From NCBI GenBank assembly GCA_043427975.1, contig JBHWTK010000067.1, positions 16,523-80,522 on the forward strand: a stretch of 64,000 nt of DNA, written 5' to 3'. Below are positions 8,977-18,451 of this stretch, in pieces. Position 1 is the stretch's first letter. Each line of letters opens with the position of its first letter. The translations under genes and the position numbers were made by a program. The DNA is from Chloroflexia bacterium (GTDB taxonomy: Bacteria > Chloroflexota > Chloroflexia > Thermomicrobiales > UBA6265). A model generated the notes under the pieces. The model made no database searches, had not been told where the DNA came from, and worked only from the letters and a program-made list of their open reading frames with translations.

Positions 8977-9795
8977 ATGACCGCCCTCCCCCATACACGA
9001 ATGCGAATACCGGTAGATCGTGACGGCACACACCTCGCCGTCACGATGTACGAGGGATCGGGTCCGCCGATGTTGCTGATTCATGGCATCACCAGCAGCA
9101 GTGCCGAGTTCAACGGCGTCATGCCCCGCCTCGTCGAGGTATGCCAGCCGATCACAATCGACCTGCGCGGCCACGGAGAGTCGGACAAGCCGGCTTCCGG
9201 CTACCACTATGACGATTACGTACGCGACCTGTCCGCGGTCATCGCGCACCTGGAGCTCAACCGGCCGCTTGTGCTAGGCCATAGCCTGGGCGGCATTGTG
9301 ACGCTTTTCTGGGCAGCCACCAACCCGGGAGTCGCCCGGGGCCTGGTCATCGAAGACTCCCCCTTGCGAAGCGGCGGCGAATTCCGCCAGGCATTCGATG
9401 GCTGGCTTGCCCTCAACGCCATGCCGGAAGACATGTTGCGAGCCTGGTATGCGGAGCGGAATCCCACCTGGAATGAAACACTCGTGGCCTCACGCTCGGA
9501 TGCCATGAACGCATGCGCCCGGTCAGCCATCCTTGAACTGAGGGATGCCTCAATGGCGAACCAGGGGCTCGATTCATCCGATACACTGGCACGGATTACC
9601 GAACCGGTGCTCTTCCTCCACGGGGATCCGAAGGCGGGTGGCATGGTGCATCCGGATGATGCCGCCACCTTGCCACAGCGGATTCCCAATGTGACGGTTC
9701 GCAGGATCGAGGGCGCGGGACATACGATTCACCGTTCCCACCCGGACGAGTGGCTGAGGCTGGTGCGCGATTTCGTGCTGATGCACCAGGACTAA
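8977..9795 (+). CDS. Alpha/beta-fold hydrolase
   Basis: 272-aa ORF with HG oxyanion motif LLIHGITSS, nucleophile elbow GHSLGG and C-terminal GAGHTIH. Confidence 0.85.
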   Translation: MTALPHTRMRIPVDRDGTHLAVTMYEGSGPPMLLIHGITSSSAEFNGVMPRLVEVCQPITIDLRGHGESDKPASGYHYDDYVRDLSAVIAHLELNRPLVLGHSLGGIVTLFWAATNPGVARGLVIEDSPLRSGGEFRQAFDGWLALNAMPEDMLRAWYAERNPTWNETLVASRSDAMNACARSAILELRDASMANQGLDSSDTLARITEPVLFLHGDPKAGGMVHPDDAATLPQRIPNVTVRRIEGAGHTIHRSHPDEWLRLVRDFVLMHQD

Positions 9796-10733
9796 TCGAC
9801 AATCATCTCGTTCAGCGTAACGAACTCGTACCCCTCGGCGCGATACTCGGCAATCAATTGTTCGAGCGAGAGGTAATCCTGCTCCTGCGAGACGTGGTAG
9901 AGGATGATGGCTCCCGGTCCGCCGTTGGCTGTGTTGGGCCCACACCACTCCACGATCTCTTCGGCGGTATAGCCGTTCCACCCAAGGCTGTCACAGGTCC
10001 ACCAGAAGGTGTAGTCGTATCCAAGCGATGCAAGCAGTACCTGGCCCTGGGCGTCGTAATCGCCATACGGAGGGCGCCAGAATGGGGCCATATCGTGATC
10101 GGCAACATCCAGAACCGCATTGTGCGCGCCCATGACCTCGGCGGTGCGCTCTTCGTCCGTAAGGGGTTCGGTACCGGGTGAAGCACCGGTCCAGCTCCTG
10201 TGACTTTCACTGTGGTTGAACAGCAGGTGCCCCTCATCCAAGATGCGCAGGATCAGGTCGGGATTCTCGCGCGCCCACGCCCCAGTCGTACCGAAGCTCG
10301 CCCGGATACCCTCTGCCTTGAGCAGATCGAGGATCTCTTCGGTGTAGCCGCGCCCTTCTCCGGCATCGAAGGTGAGGGCGACAGTGCGCGTGTCCGTCGG
10401 ACCGCGCTCAACCATCACCGACGTGCCGGTAGTGTTCTCCGGCACCGGGAAGGTGCCACGCCCGACCGGTGCTGCGGTAGGTTCCGGTGTTGGTGCGACG
10501 GTCGGTGCCGGGGTGAGGGGCAAGGGTGCCTGGGTGGCGGTGGGCACTGCTACCGCGGGAGTCTCGGGTGCCAGAAGCGCGATTTCAGTGGGCGTTGGAG
10601 AAACAAGGACGGTAGCAGGAGCCTGCGGTGTGTTCATCACCGCGACCCCACTGCTACCGCCCCACGTTGCGCCCAACACGAGCACAACAAGCACAGCTAT
10701 TCGTGCCAGTGAAGTGACCGCGCGCGGCGACAT
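9792..10733 (-). CDS. Polysaccharide deacetylase (NodB homology domain) with N-terminal membrane anchor and Pro/Thr/Ala-rich linker
   Basis: Motifs LTFDAGEG... and NHSESH. Start placed at ATG 10733 (MSPRAVTSLARIAVLVVLVL), which overlaps the upstream stop as TAATG. Confidence 0.85.
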   Translation of the reverse strand: MSPRAVTSLARIAVLVVLVLGATWGGSSGVAVMNTPQAPATVLVSPTPTEIALLAPETPAVAVPTATQAPLPLTPAPTVAPTPEPTAAPVGRGTFPVPENTTGTSVMVERGPTDTRTVALTFDAGEGRGYTEEILDLLKAEGIRASFGTTGAWARENPDLILRILDEGHLLFNHSESHRSWTGASPGTEPLTDEERTAEVMGAHNAVLDVADHDMAPFWRPPYGDYDAQGQVLLASLGYDYTFWWTCDSLGWNGYTAEEIVEWCGPNTANGGPGAIILYHVSQEQDYLSLEQLIAEYRAEGYEFVTLNEMIVD

Positions 10734-11041
10734 TACCAGATACCGAGTTCGTCCCGGGCTTCCTCGCTCATCATGTCCGGATTCCAGGCCGGGCTCCATA
10801 CCAGCTTGACGTCGGTTTCGCCGATGCCGGGCAGGTCGCGCAGCGCGTTGTTAACTTCCTGCATGATGACCGGGCCAAGCGGGCAACCGAGGGACGTCAG
10901 CGTCATGGTGACCAGCACATCGCCGGATTCCTCAATATCCGCGTCGTAGACGAGGCCGAGGTCGACAATGTTGATGCCGATCTCGGGGTCGTACACGTTT
11001 TTCAGACCTTCATACACATCGTCTTTGGTGAACTGTGCCAA
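10733..11041 (-). CDS. DUF59/SufT-like Fe-S cluster assembly protein
   Basis: 102-aa ORF; VYDPEIGINIVDLGLVY...TMTLTSLGCP is the MIP18/SufT family signature. Confidence 0.8.
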   Translation of the reverse strand: MAQFTKDDVYEGLKNVYDPEIGINIVDLGLVYDADIEESGDVLVTMTLTSLGCPLGPVIMQEVNNALRDLPGIGETDVKLVWSPAWNPDMMSEEARDELGIW

Positions 11042-11116
11042 TGAACTACTCCTGTGAAGTGATCGACCAATCTGCCCGGCAAAGGACCGAACATAGGTGC
11101 TACCAGTGTACAGCCT

Positions 11117-11884
11117 CTAGAAAAGGATCAGGGTAATGCCACCGATGAACGGGGTTGCCACCACCGCGAACCGGAGAAGCGACACCGGGGCGCGGCGGGT
11201 GAACTTCGCGCCGACATACGATCCGGCTGTCATGCCAATCGTCACGCCCGCCATGTGCAACAGCGCGAGGTCGCCGTGGCTCGCCAGCGCGAGGGCGCCA
11301 CTGGCACTAATGAAACAGAGCGCCAGCATGGTGGTACCTACCGCCTGAAGCAATGGCAGGCGCATAACGGTCATCAGTGCCAGCTGGATGAACGGCGCCA
11401 TACCCACGCCGAAAAATGCCGACGCCACGCCCCCCATCATGCCGACGCCCGTTCCAACCGTGGCCTGTCCGCCGGTGACGTGGTAGGTCTCGAGATCGGC
11501 AGGTTCACCAATGCGGGTGCCAAGTCGGATGCGGAGCCATACAAGGAACGCGAGGAAGAGCAACGCACCTCCTGCCGCCGGCTGGAGGATATGCTCCGGG
11601 ACAAGCTGGCTAAGGTCTGCGCCCAGAATCGCCCCCGCCGTACCACCGATCCCGAGGATCACACCGGGCTTAACCACGATGTTCCCCTCACGAAAATGCG
11701 AGATCGAGCCGGAGATGGTGGTGAACACCATCGCTCCGAGGGCAGTGCCAACCGCGGTATGGATGGGGAGACCAAAAACGAGGGTGAGCAGGCTCACCAT
11801 CACGCCGGCCCCACCAGCCCCGATAAACCCGATAATGACGCCAACCCCGAACGTGACGGCAACAAGCGTGAGCAGCAGGTCTAT
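11117..11884 (-). CDS. TauE/SafE family sulfite/anion exporter; start codon non-canonical or uncertain
   Basis: Polytopic membrane ORF. The track starts it at GTG 11803, but the family-typical first TM with GFIGAGGAG is encoded upstream in frame (IDLLLTLVAVTFGVGVIIGFIGAGGAG). No ATG/GTG/TTG is available there. Confidence 0.7.
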   Translation of the reverse strand: MDLLLTLVAVTFGVGVIIGFIGAGGAGVMVSLLTLVFGLPIHTAVGTALGAMVFTTISGSISHFREGNIVVKPGVILGIGGTAGAILGADLSQLVPEHILQPAAGGALLFLAFLVWLRIRLGTRIGEPADLETYHVTGGQATVGTGVGMMGGVASAFFGVGMAPFIQLALMTVMRLPLLQAVGTTMLALCFISASGALALASHGDLALLHMAGVTIGMTAGSYVGAKFTRRAPVSLLRFAVVATPFIGGITLILF

Positions 11885-12240
11885 GACTTTCGCTCCTGGC
11901 GGATATCATCGAGGTCGATCACGTCATCGTTGAGGCGCTGCTGGTCGCGACGCACCTGGTTGAAAAGGTCATCCTGCTGCGTGGGCAGCCTGCCGGATGT
12001 CCAGGTGTACGTGGTGGTTTCGGCCTTTGGGGCGGCGTTTCGCACCTTAAACCAGAACCAGATGGCGACCACAAGTGGCACAAGCAGCAGGATCGCGAAG
12101 CCAAAGCGCATCACCGCACTCACCAGCCCGCTGAACACCCATCCGATCAGGATGCCCAGCACCAGGCCAACGATGAACGAGACCTGCATTCGTCGAGAGA
12201 TGAGCGAGCGGACTGAGGCCGCATTTGGATTGAATTGCAT
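11881..12240 (-). CDS. Small membrane protein (119 aa), hypothetical
   Basis: Two predicted TM helices followed by a charged C-terminal tail. Its stop overlaps the TauE reading frame. Confidence 0.5.
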   Translation of the reverse strand: MQFNPNAASVRSLISRRMQVSFIVGLVLGILIGWVFSGLVSAVMRFGFAILLLVPLVVAIWFWFKVRNAAPKAETTTYTWTSGRLPTQQDDLFNQVRRDQQRLNDDVIDLDDIRQERKS

Positions 12241-12336
12241 GTGAGGCCTCCACGGTGTCGACGGACGCTCCAGCGGCTATGCTGGAATCCTATTGTAGTG
12301 CCGTATCACGGCTGGCGAGCATGGAATGGAGCAGGC

Positions 12337-12786
12337 ATGAGCGAAGAACTCCAGATCACAACATCGTTCGAGATCGTGGAACCGTTGTTCCTGAAGATGG
12401 CGGAGCAGCGCATCCTGGCGGCTGGCGGGGCAGTGACGCACGCCGCCTTCGGGGTCAGCCCGGATGCGTTCGGCAGCTACAACATGACTATCGAGGTCGA
12501 GCCAGACAACCTGGAGGCCGTCCAGGATGTGCTGGTGACCGAGTTCCCCGTGGAAACGATGATCATGGGCGGCGAATTGTTTCGTATTTCCTACGATGCG
12601 GGCCGCGTTACCACCAAGTTCGGCGAGGTCGCCATTCGCGATCGGGTATGGAAGGGCCGCGTTATTGGCGTTCTGCCAAGCCTGCCCGAGTGCGCCACGC
12701 TGGCCAAGCGCTTTGGCGTCCCGGGCGTGATGGTCTGGCAGGAGGCGCTACGGTTGTCGGAATCGCGCGTCGGCCTCAAGCGCTGA
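12337..12786 (+). CDS. Hypothetical protein, possible stand-alone LarC C-terminal-like (DUF111 C-terminal) domain
   Basis: Start placed at ATG 12337 (GGAG upstream). The C-terminal half RVTTKFGEVAIRDRVWKG...PSLPECATLAKRFGVPGVMVWQEAL recalls the LarC C-terminal pattern. This is from memory only. Confidence 0.4.
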   Translation: MSEELQITTSFEIVEPLFLKMAEQRILAAGGAVTHAAFGVSPDAFGSYNMTIEVEPDNLEAVQDVLVTEFPVETMIMGGELFRISYDAGRVTTKFGEVAIRDRVWKGRVIGVLPSLPECATLAKRFGVPGVMVWQEALRLSESRVGLKR

Positions 12787-14410
12787 CACGCCGGAACCGG
12801 GCAGGAAGCCGGCCCTGCAGCATGTCCATGATTTGCCGGATCACAGCGGGTGCCAGAAGCGATACCAGCGCGGCGTAGGTAACAGTAAAGAGCGAGGCAG
12901 GAACCAGCACTAGCGCCAGTCGCCAGGCGATATCCGGCAACCGGATGTCGTACGCTGCCAGCCAGTCGAGGTTGTACCAGGCCAGCCAGGCGACGGTCGA
13001 GGCAACAAGGGCAGACACCCCCACACGCGGCACGAGCGTGCGCAGGGCGGGTTGCGGTGTCCAGCCGAAGTGTTCCCGTCCGAACCACCAGATCACGACG
13101 GTATGGAAGATGAACTGGGCGGAGTTCGCTAGCACCAGGCCCATCATGCCGAAGCGGCCAACCAGCGAAAAGGCGACCAGGAAGTACACGCCAACAGCTG
13201 CCACACCGATCAGCACCGGAAGCCGGGTATTCTGCCGTGAGTAAAACGCGAAGATCAGCACCTGGTCGTAGGCGGCCATGAGCGTACCGGGCAGGTATCC
13301 GAGCAGTGCCAACGAGATCTGCCCTACCCCGACCTCTGTAGTCGCGCCATAGCCAAAAAGCAGCCGGGCGATAGGATCGCTGAGCGTTGCGAGGGCGAAG
13401 GTGGCCGGGAAAATGAGCATGGTTACCATGGTCAGCGCCCGACCGAGCGTATCCCGAAACGAGATGGCATCGTTTGCCTGAAAATGGCGGGAAAGCGTTG
13501 GCAGGGCGGCCAGCGATATGGCCGCGGCCACTATGCCAAGCGTGAGCTGAACCAGCGTGGTGGCGTAGCGCATTGCACCAAGCGCGTTCTCCCCTGCTCC
13601 CCACGCCAGCCCGCGATCCACAATTACCGCCACGCTGTTGACAATCAACCCAAGGAACACCGGAACATACAGCGCGCCCATCTGGCGCAACGCCGGGTGC
13701 TTCCAGTCGAACGCTGGCACCGGCATAATGCCGTGCCGGATGAGTGGTGGAACCTGGATCGCGATGATGAGGGCCGCGCCCAGCACGGTACCCCAGGCCA
13801 TCGCTTCCACACCCCAGCGGGCGCCGAACAGTGCCGTTACCACCACGATCGCGAGGTTACGAACCGCCGTGGAGAGCGCCGGAGCGGTCACCTTCTCAAT
13901 GGCGTAGAGCATGGCCTGCAACACGGTTGCCAGGCAGAGCAGCAGGGCAGCCGGTAACACGATCCGTACCAGGCGAATGGTCAGCTCTACCGCTTCCGGC
14001 CCGCGCGCCTGATCATCGCCGGAGATCAGAATGAGCGCATTCACCACATCCGCGGCGTAGTACTCGCCGATGAGCACAGCGATGCCCACTACGACCAGGA
14101 CACCGGTCAGCAACGTGCCACCAACGCGGCGAATCTCGGCCCGGCCGCCCATGGAAGCAGACGCCCACTGCGCCAGCACGGGGATCAGTGCTGCCTGAAG
14201 CGCCCCGCTTGCCAGCAGATCGAACAGCAGCGTCTGGAGGTTGTCGGCAATCGTAAACGCGGCGATTTCGTTGCCGGTGCCAAACAGGCCGGCGGCAAGT
14301 TGCTCGCGCACCAGGCCCAACACGCGGCTAAGGATATTGCCGAGCATGAGGATGAGGGCGGCGATGGCAATGCCACCACCACGCCGTGCGGGTTGGCCAG
14401 TTTCGCTCAC
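12776..14410 (-). CDS. murJ: Lipid II flippase MurJ (MviN family)
   Basis: Polytopic ORF with LGNILSRVLGLVREQLAAGLFGTG..AAFTIA..LQTLLFDLLASGAL. Start set to GTG 14410, overlapping the upstream stop as GTGA. Confidence 0.85.
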   Translation of the reverse strand: MSETGQPARRGGGIAIAALILMLGNILSRVLGLVREQLAAGLFGTGNEIAAFTIADNLQTLLFDLLASGALQAALIPVLAQWASASMGGRAEIRRVGGTLLTGVLVVVGIAVLIGEYYAADVVNALILISGDDQARGPEAVELTIRLVRIVLPAALLLCLATVLQAMLYAIEKVTAPALSTAVRNLAIVVVTALFGARWGVEAMAWGTVLGAALIIAIQVPPLIRHGIMPVPAFDWKHPALRQMGALYVPVFLGLIVNSVAVIVDRGLAWGAGENALGAMRYATTLVQLTLGIVAAAISLAALPTLSRHFQANDAISFRDTLGRALTMVTMLIFPATFALATLSDPIARLLFGYGATTEVGVGQISLALLGYLPGTLMAAYDQVLIFAFYSRQNTRLPVLIGVAAVGVYFLVAFSLVGRFGMMGLVLANSAQFIFHTVVIWWFGREHFGWTPQPALRTLVPRVGVSALVASTVAWLAWYNLDWLAAYDIRLPDIAWRLALVLVPASLFTVTYAALVSLLAPAVIRQIMDMLQGRLPARFRRVSA

Positions 14411-14985
14411 CTGAAGCGCACCCAGGCGATGAGATACGTAAGTCCGGCAAAGAGCAGGTCGGGAACGACCCGGACCTGAAGCAACTGCGACATAAACGGC
14501 GAGAGGTTGTTCACCATCTCCCACGTAATCCCGTACCGTTGCGCGAGCAAGACGCGGCTCAGCAGCAGCCCGATGGTAACGAGGCCGAACGCAAGCAGTT
14601 GCAGGTCGCGGCCACGCTTGTTATTCGTGGCCCAGGCGATTCCCTCAACCACGCCGAAGCCGAGCAACAGCGCCAGGTAGAACTGCCATTGGGGGAAGAA
14701 TCGCCACAATACCGCCGTGCCGACCGCAATGAGGAGGCCAATACCGGCCGCCTTAACGAGCGAATTGGTCGATGTGCGGATGCTGCCCATGGTGCGTACA
14801 CCGGCGCAATCCGGGCAACGCAACCCTACCGGCGTCCGTACCGCATCCAGCGGGCAAATCGGCCGGCCACAGCGGGTGCAGCGCAAACCGGTGAGCGTGT
14901 CGGGGTGATAGGAACAGGGCACCTGCCCCGAAGCATGATCCATGCGAGCGTATCCGCAACATTTCGGACCGGATTCTCCGGCCAC
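14407..14985 (-). CDS. Zinc-ribbon membrane protein, hypothetical
   Basis: N-terminal CxxC pairs (CTRCGRPIC, CPDCAG) followed by 4 TM segments. The start may be the internal MDHASG. Confidence 0.6.
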   Translation of the reverse strand: MAGESGPKCCGYARMDHASGQVPCSYHPDTLTGLRCTRCGRPICPLDAVRTPVGLRCPDCAGVRTMGSIRTSTNSLVKAAGIGLLIAVGTAVLWRFFPQWQFYLALLLGFGVVEGIAWATNNKRGRDLQLLAFGLVTIGLLLSRVLLAQRYGITWEMVNNLSPFMSQLLQVRVVPDLLFAGLTYLIAWVRFR

Positions 14986-14992
14986 ACGTCCG

Positions 14993-15766
14993 CTATTCTA
15001 CGCCACCGCGCAGCCGTGTCTTGAGGAACTCAAGAAGTACAAGCGCGGCAAAGTGCGGCAGGACCAGCTGCCGTCGCCAACGCCACGGCTCGCGTACCAG
15101 CCGCACGAGCCACTCCAGCCCGAGCTTGCGTACAAGCGGCGAGGGTAACGCCACGTTTCCGGAGATGTAATCGAAGGCACCGCCAATACCGGCAACCACG
15201 CGAACGCCAACATCCTGTAATGCCGGCAGGTTCCGTTCGATCCAGTGAATCTGTGCCGGTGCACCGTAGGCCACCAGCACGATAGCCGCCCCGGCCTCCC
15301 GGATGCGACGGATCGATTCGGCGTCATCCTCTGGCCGCGGTGATCCATCGGCCCAGGTGCCCACAATACGCCCCTGCGGCTGGTCGGCGAGCAACTCCCG
15401 GGCCGCACGATCAGCAATACCAGGGGCGGCCCCGAGGAGGAACACGCCCGCACCGGTTTCCACCGAGAGCTGCACCATATCGGGCACCAGCGTTACGCCG
15501 GTATAACGCCCGGATTCCACATGGGGATAGAGCAGCCGCATGGCCACGGCCAACCCGGCACCGTCCACAGTCACGATGCCGGCATTGTTCAACGACTTGG
15601 CAAATGCGGCATCCCTGCGGGCCGTCATCACGTATTCAGGGTTGGCAGTGACAACGTGCAAGATTGAATCGGACGTCTGCAAATGGTCACGAATGGCCTG
15701 CTGAAGCGCATCACAGCTGCCGGGCGTGATCTCCACGCCCAGCACACGCGGACGACGGGCGATCAT
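14993..15766 (-). CDS. WecG/TagA/CpsF family glycosyltransferase
   Basis: 257-aa ORF. VVTANPEYVM...AGIVTVDGAGL... and the C-terminal GLEWLVRLVREPWR are typical of the family. Confidence 0.85.
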   Translation of the reverse strand: MIARRPRVLGVEITPGSCDALQQAIRDHLQTSDSILHVVTANPEYVMTARRDAAFAKSLNNAGIVTVDGAGLAVAMRLLYPHVESGRYTGVTLVPDMVQLSVETGAGVFLLGAAPGIADRAARELLADQPQGRIVGTWADGSPRPEDDAESIRRIREAGAAIVLVAYGAPAQIHWIERNLPALQDVGVRVVAGIGGAFDYISGNVALPSPLVRKLGLEWLVRLVREPWRWRRQLVLPHFAALVLLEFLKTRLRGGVE

Positions 15767-17763
15767 CCGAAGCTGCTGCTTCCGCCGCCACCACCGCCGC
15801 CGAAGCCGCCTCCGCCGGAGAATCCACCGCCTCCGCCGCCGAAGCCGCCGCCTCCACCACCGGAGCCACTGCTAATCACGCGAGCGGCGGTGCCAAGCAT
15901 GCCCAGGAGGCTCCCGGATGCTCCACCGAGGCCGCGGGCCGCCGAATCGCTGCCGCCTTGCAGGTCGGGGATATTCCATCCGCCCCCACCGCCGGATCGG
16001 TCACCAGGCCCATGGCCAGTTGAGCCGAACGGGCCCGAGCCAACAACCCAGCCACCACCGCGCTGGCCACCATACATGGGGCCTCCACCGGTGTGGATGA
16101 TCACCGGCCCGCCGCCACCGAACCAGGTTGGCGCAGGTACACCGGCCTGTTCGAACTTCGTCACCCAGCCCTTTTCGATGCCGAATGCGACTGCGTACGG
16201 AAGGTACTGCTCGAAAATCTCCTGGCTCTCCTCGAGGTTGGTGCGCTGCTCGATATCCTCCAGGTAGCGTTTGAACGCATTCCACTTGGCGGCAGCCTCG
16301 GCACCGGCCATGGTCTTGCGCACCATCGCGTTGCTTACCGACATGCCGATGAAGAACACAAACGCTGCAGCAAAGGCCATAAACCAGAGCCACCCGGAAT
16401 CGCCGCCATAGATCACGCCCATAACGACCCACACGATGACCGCCAGGATCGGCGCGAAGATGCCCATCATCGAGTAGCGGGCGCGAACCTTGTTCGGGTC
16501 CTTCTCGAAATAGCCGTGGTCTACCACTTCCTGGTAGAAGCCCTCGTGAATCCGGCTGGCGCTGCGCTGCATGCGCTCGTTCGCCGTATGCATGGGCGTG
16601 CTGCTACCTTCGGCCACATTCCCGTTGAAAATCGCGTCCAGCAACACGTCTTCGTAGCTCGCGCGGGGCTGGGAAAGGTCGACAATTGAGATGGTGTAAA
16701 TCGTGCTGCCACCAAAGCCCATGAACCCGCCGGTTTTTTCCTCGTCGATGCGAATGATATTGCGGCGTCCAAGATCAACAAGCGTGGCAACAACGTCGCG
16801 CGTGTCCGTGCGCTCGTCCACCAGGGTGCCAGCAGCACCGGGATGCAGGTCGTCTGGCGGGGAGGTGACGATATCGGCGACCAGGCCGACCTTCGGATCG
16901 CGGCCCGTGGTGTACCAGCGCAGCAACACGAACAGCGTCCCGCCAACGGCGATCAGCAACCCGGCTGCGAGATAGACGGTGCCCGCGACGGCGTTCTTGT
17001 CGGCCTGTTTGGCTTCCTCGGCGCGCCGCTCATCATCGGCGGCCTGCCACGAGGGCGGAGTTGCCTCGGTGATCGGCGGGAACTGGAGGTTCACCTGGAA
17101 CTCTCCGGTCAGGTTCTGGCGGGTCCACGTGAACGTGTCGCCATCGTGTTGGGCGTCCGGCGGGGAATAAACGGTATCTTCATTGGCCACCGGCTCTGGC
17201 AGGTGAACGGTAATGGTGGAACTGCGCACATCGGCACTGTTAACCACGTCGGCCGGCACACCAATCCACCGCAGCTGCTGGTTGGCGGGTTCTTCATCCG
17301 GATAGGCACGCAACCCGCCCACAACGTCGTACTCAATGACGATCAGGCGATCTTCGCTGCCCCGGGTGGGATCAAAGTGGTAGGTGATCTCGACGGAGTC
17401 CTGCATCTCGGCGACGGTGAACGTCCCCGGTTCACCGGTAGCACGATTGAGTTCCTCAAACTGCTCCGGTGTTCCCGATGCACTGTTGGCGACAGACACC
17501 TCGAGGTTCCCGATGCCTTCCATCCGATCGGTGGGGATCACGCGGCTGCCGAACCGGAACGTCCCGTTGAACGCAACGAGCTGGGTTTCCACCACATGGA
17601 ACGAGCCATCCTCGTTCACGGTGATCTCGGAGTTGTATTCGCGCCAGAAAGCACTGCGGGATTCCTGCGATGCCGTATCGACCGGCATGCTGGCAGCCAC
17701 CAGTGCCAGCAACGCAAGCACAAGGAGCGCTACAAAAGATCGGTTGCGGGTTGCCATGGTCAT
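15763..17763 (-). CDS. DUF2207-like membrane protein with long C-terminal Gly-rich tail
   Basis: Start moved to ATG 17763 (signal/TM MTMATRNRSFVALLVLALLALVAA). Extracellular N-domain, 3 TM segments, and a C-terminus ending GGGGGGFGGGGGGFSGGGGFGGGGGGGSSSFG. ATGA overlap with the TagA-family gene. Confidence 0.7.
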   Translation of the reverse strand: MTMATRNRSFVALLVLALLALVAASMPVDTASQESRSAFWREYNSEITVNEDGSFHVVETQLVAFNGTFRFGSRVIPTDRMEGIGNLEVSVANSASGTPEQFEELNRATGEPGTFTVAEMQDSVEITYHFDPTRGSEDRLIVIEYDVVGGLRAYPDEEPANQQLRWIGVPADVVNSADVRSSTITVHLPEPVANEDTVYSPPDAQHDGDTFTWTRQNLTGEFQVNLQFPPITEATPPSWQAADDERRAEEAKQADKNAVAGTVYLAAGLLIAVGGTLFVLLRWYTTGRDPKVGLVADIVTSPPDDLHPGAAGTLVDERTDTRDVVATLVDLGRRNIIRIDEEKTGGFMGFGGSTIYTISIVDLSQPRASYEDVLLDAIFNGNVAEGSSTPMHTANERMQRSASRIHEGFYQEVVDHGYFEKDPNKVRARYSMMGIFAPILAVIVWVVMGVIYGGDSGWLWFMAFAAAFVFFIGMSVSNAMVRKTMAGAEAAAKWNAFKRYLEDIEQRTNLEESQEIFEQYLPYAVAFGIEKGWVTKFEQAGVPAPTWFGGGGPVIIHTGGGPMYGGQRGGGWVVGSGPFGSTGHGPGDRSGGGGGWNIPDLQGGSDSAARGLGGASGSLLGMLGTAARVISSGSGGGGGGFGGGGGGFSGGGGFGGGGGGGSSSFG

Positions 17764-17899
17764 GACTGCTACACACACTCCTCGTCGATATGAACGGCGT
17801 TGCTGCCATTCTAACGTGACCGGGCATCCCCATGTTCCCCGGCCACGCTGCAATTTGGCGGGCGCTATACAATAGGTGGAGGATAGAAGCAGGATCAGG

Positions 17900-18355
17900 A
17901 TGCAGCACGCCAACCCACACACAACTCCACACCTAACGATCACGGAAATCGAGGATCGCCTTCGCCAGCACGGGTACCGGCTCACCGGCCCTCGCACGGC
18001 GGTGGTGGAAGGCGTCCTTCGTCACCAACGTCCCTTTACTGCCGAGCAATTGGTGGCAGAGTTGAGCGCCGGCAAGGACAGCATCGGCCGGGCGACGGTG
18101 TACCGCACGCTCGAGGTACTGGCAAGCATGGATGTGCTCACCCGCATCGTCACCCCGGACGGCCATCCCAGCTACATCAGCGGCGCGCCGGGCCACCGCC
18201 ACCACCTGCTGTGCGAGGTGTGCGGCACCACCGTGACGTTCACGGCCTGCCCGATGAGCGACCTCATCTCCACACTGGCGCACGATACAGATTTCGTGAT
18301 CAAGAACCACACGCTGGAGGTTTTCGGCGTGTGTCCGTCGTGCCAATCGGCGTGA
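17900..18355 (+). CDS. Fur-family metalloregulator (Zur-like by context)
   Basis: Winged-helix RATVYRTLEVL, metal-site HHLLCEVCG and a C-terminal CPSC. Immediately upstream of a metal ABC importer. An alternative GTG start is at 17876. Confidence 0.85.
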   Translation: MQHANPHTTPHLTITEIEDRLRQHGYRLTGPRTAVVEGVLRHQRPFTAEQLVAELSAGKDSIGRATVYRTLEVLASMDVLTRIVTPDGHPSYISGAPGHRHHLLCEVCGTTVTFTACPMSDLISTLAHDTDFVIKNHTLEVFGVCPSCQSA

Positions 18356-18451
18356 AAATGACGGCTGTTGACACCTGGTATCAATAGCGATACGCTACCC
18401 ACCGGCACGCAATGACGCGGGCCTCCTGCTCGATTAAGGACATCCTCCGGA

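Noticed and set aside
12591-13604. 337-aa minus-strand ORF overlapping murJ
   Set aside because: It is an alternative frame of the MurJ gene. The Arg/Ala/Pro/Gly-rich translation is typical of off-frame GC-rich sequence.
15683-16267. 194-aa poly-proline ORF (PPPPPPPKPPPPENPPPPPPKPPPPPPEP)
   Set aside because: It is the reverse complement of the GGN-rich glycine tail of the DUF2207-like gene, not an independent proline-rich protein.
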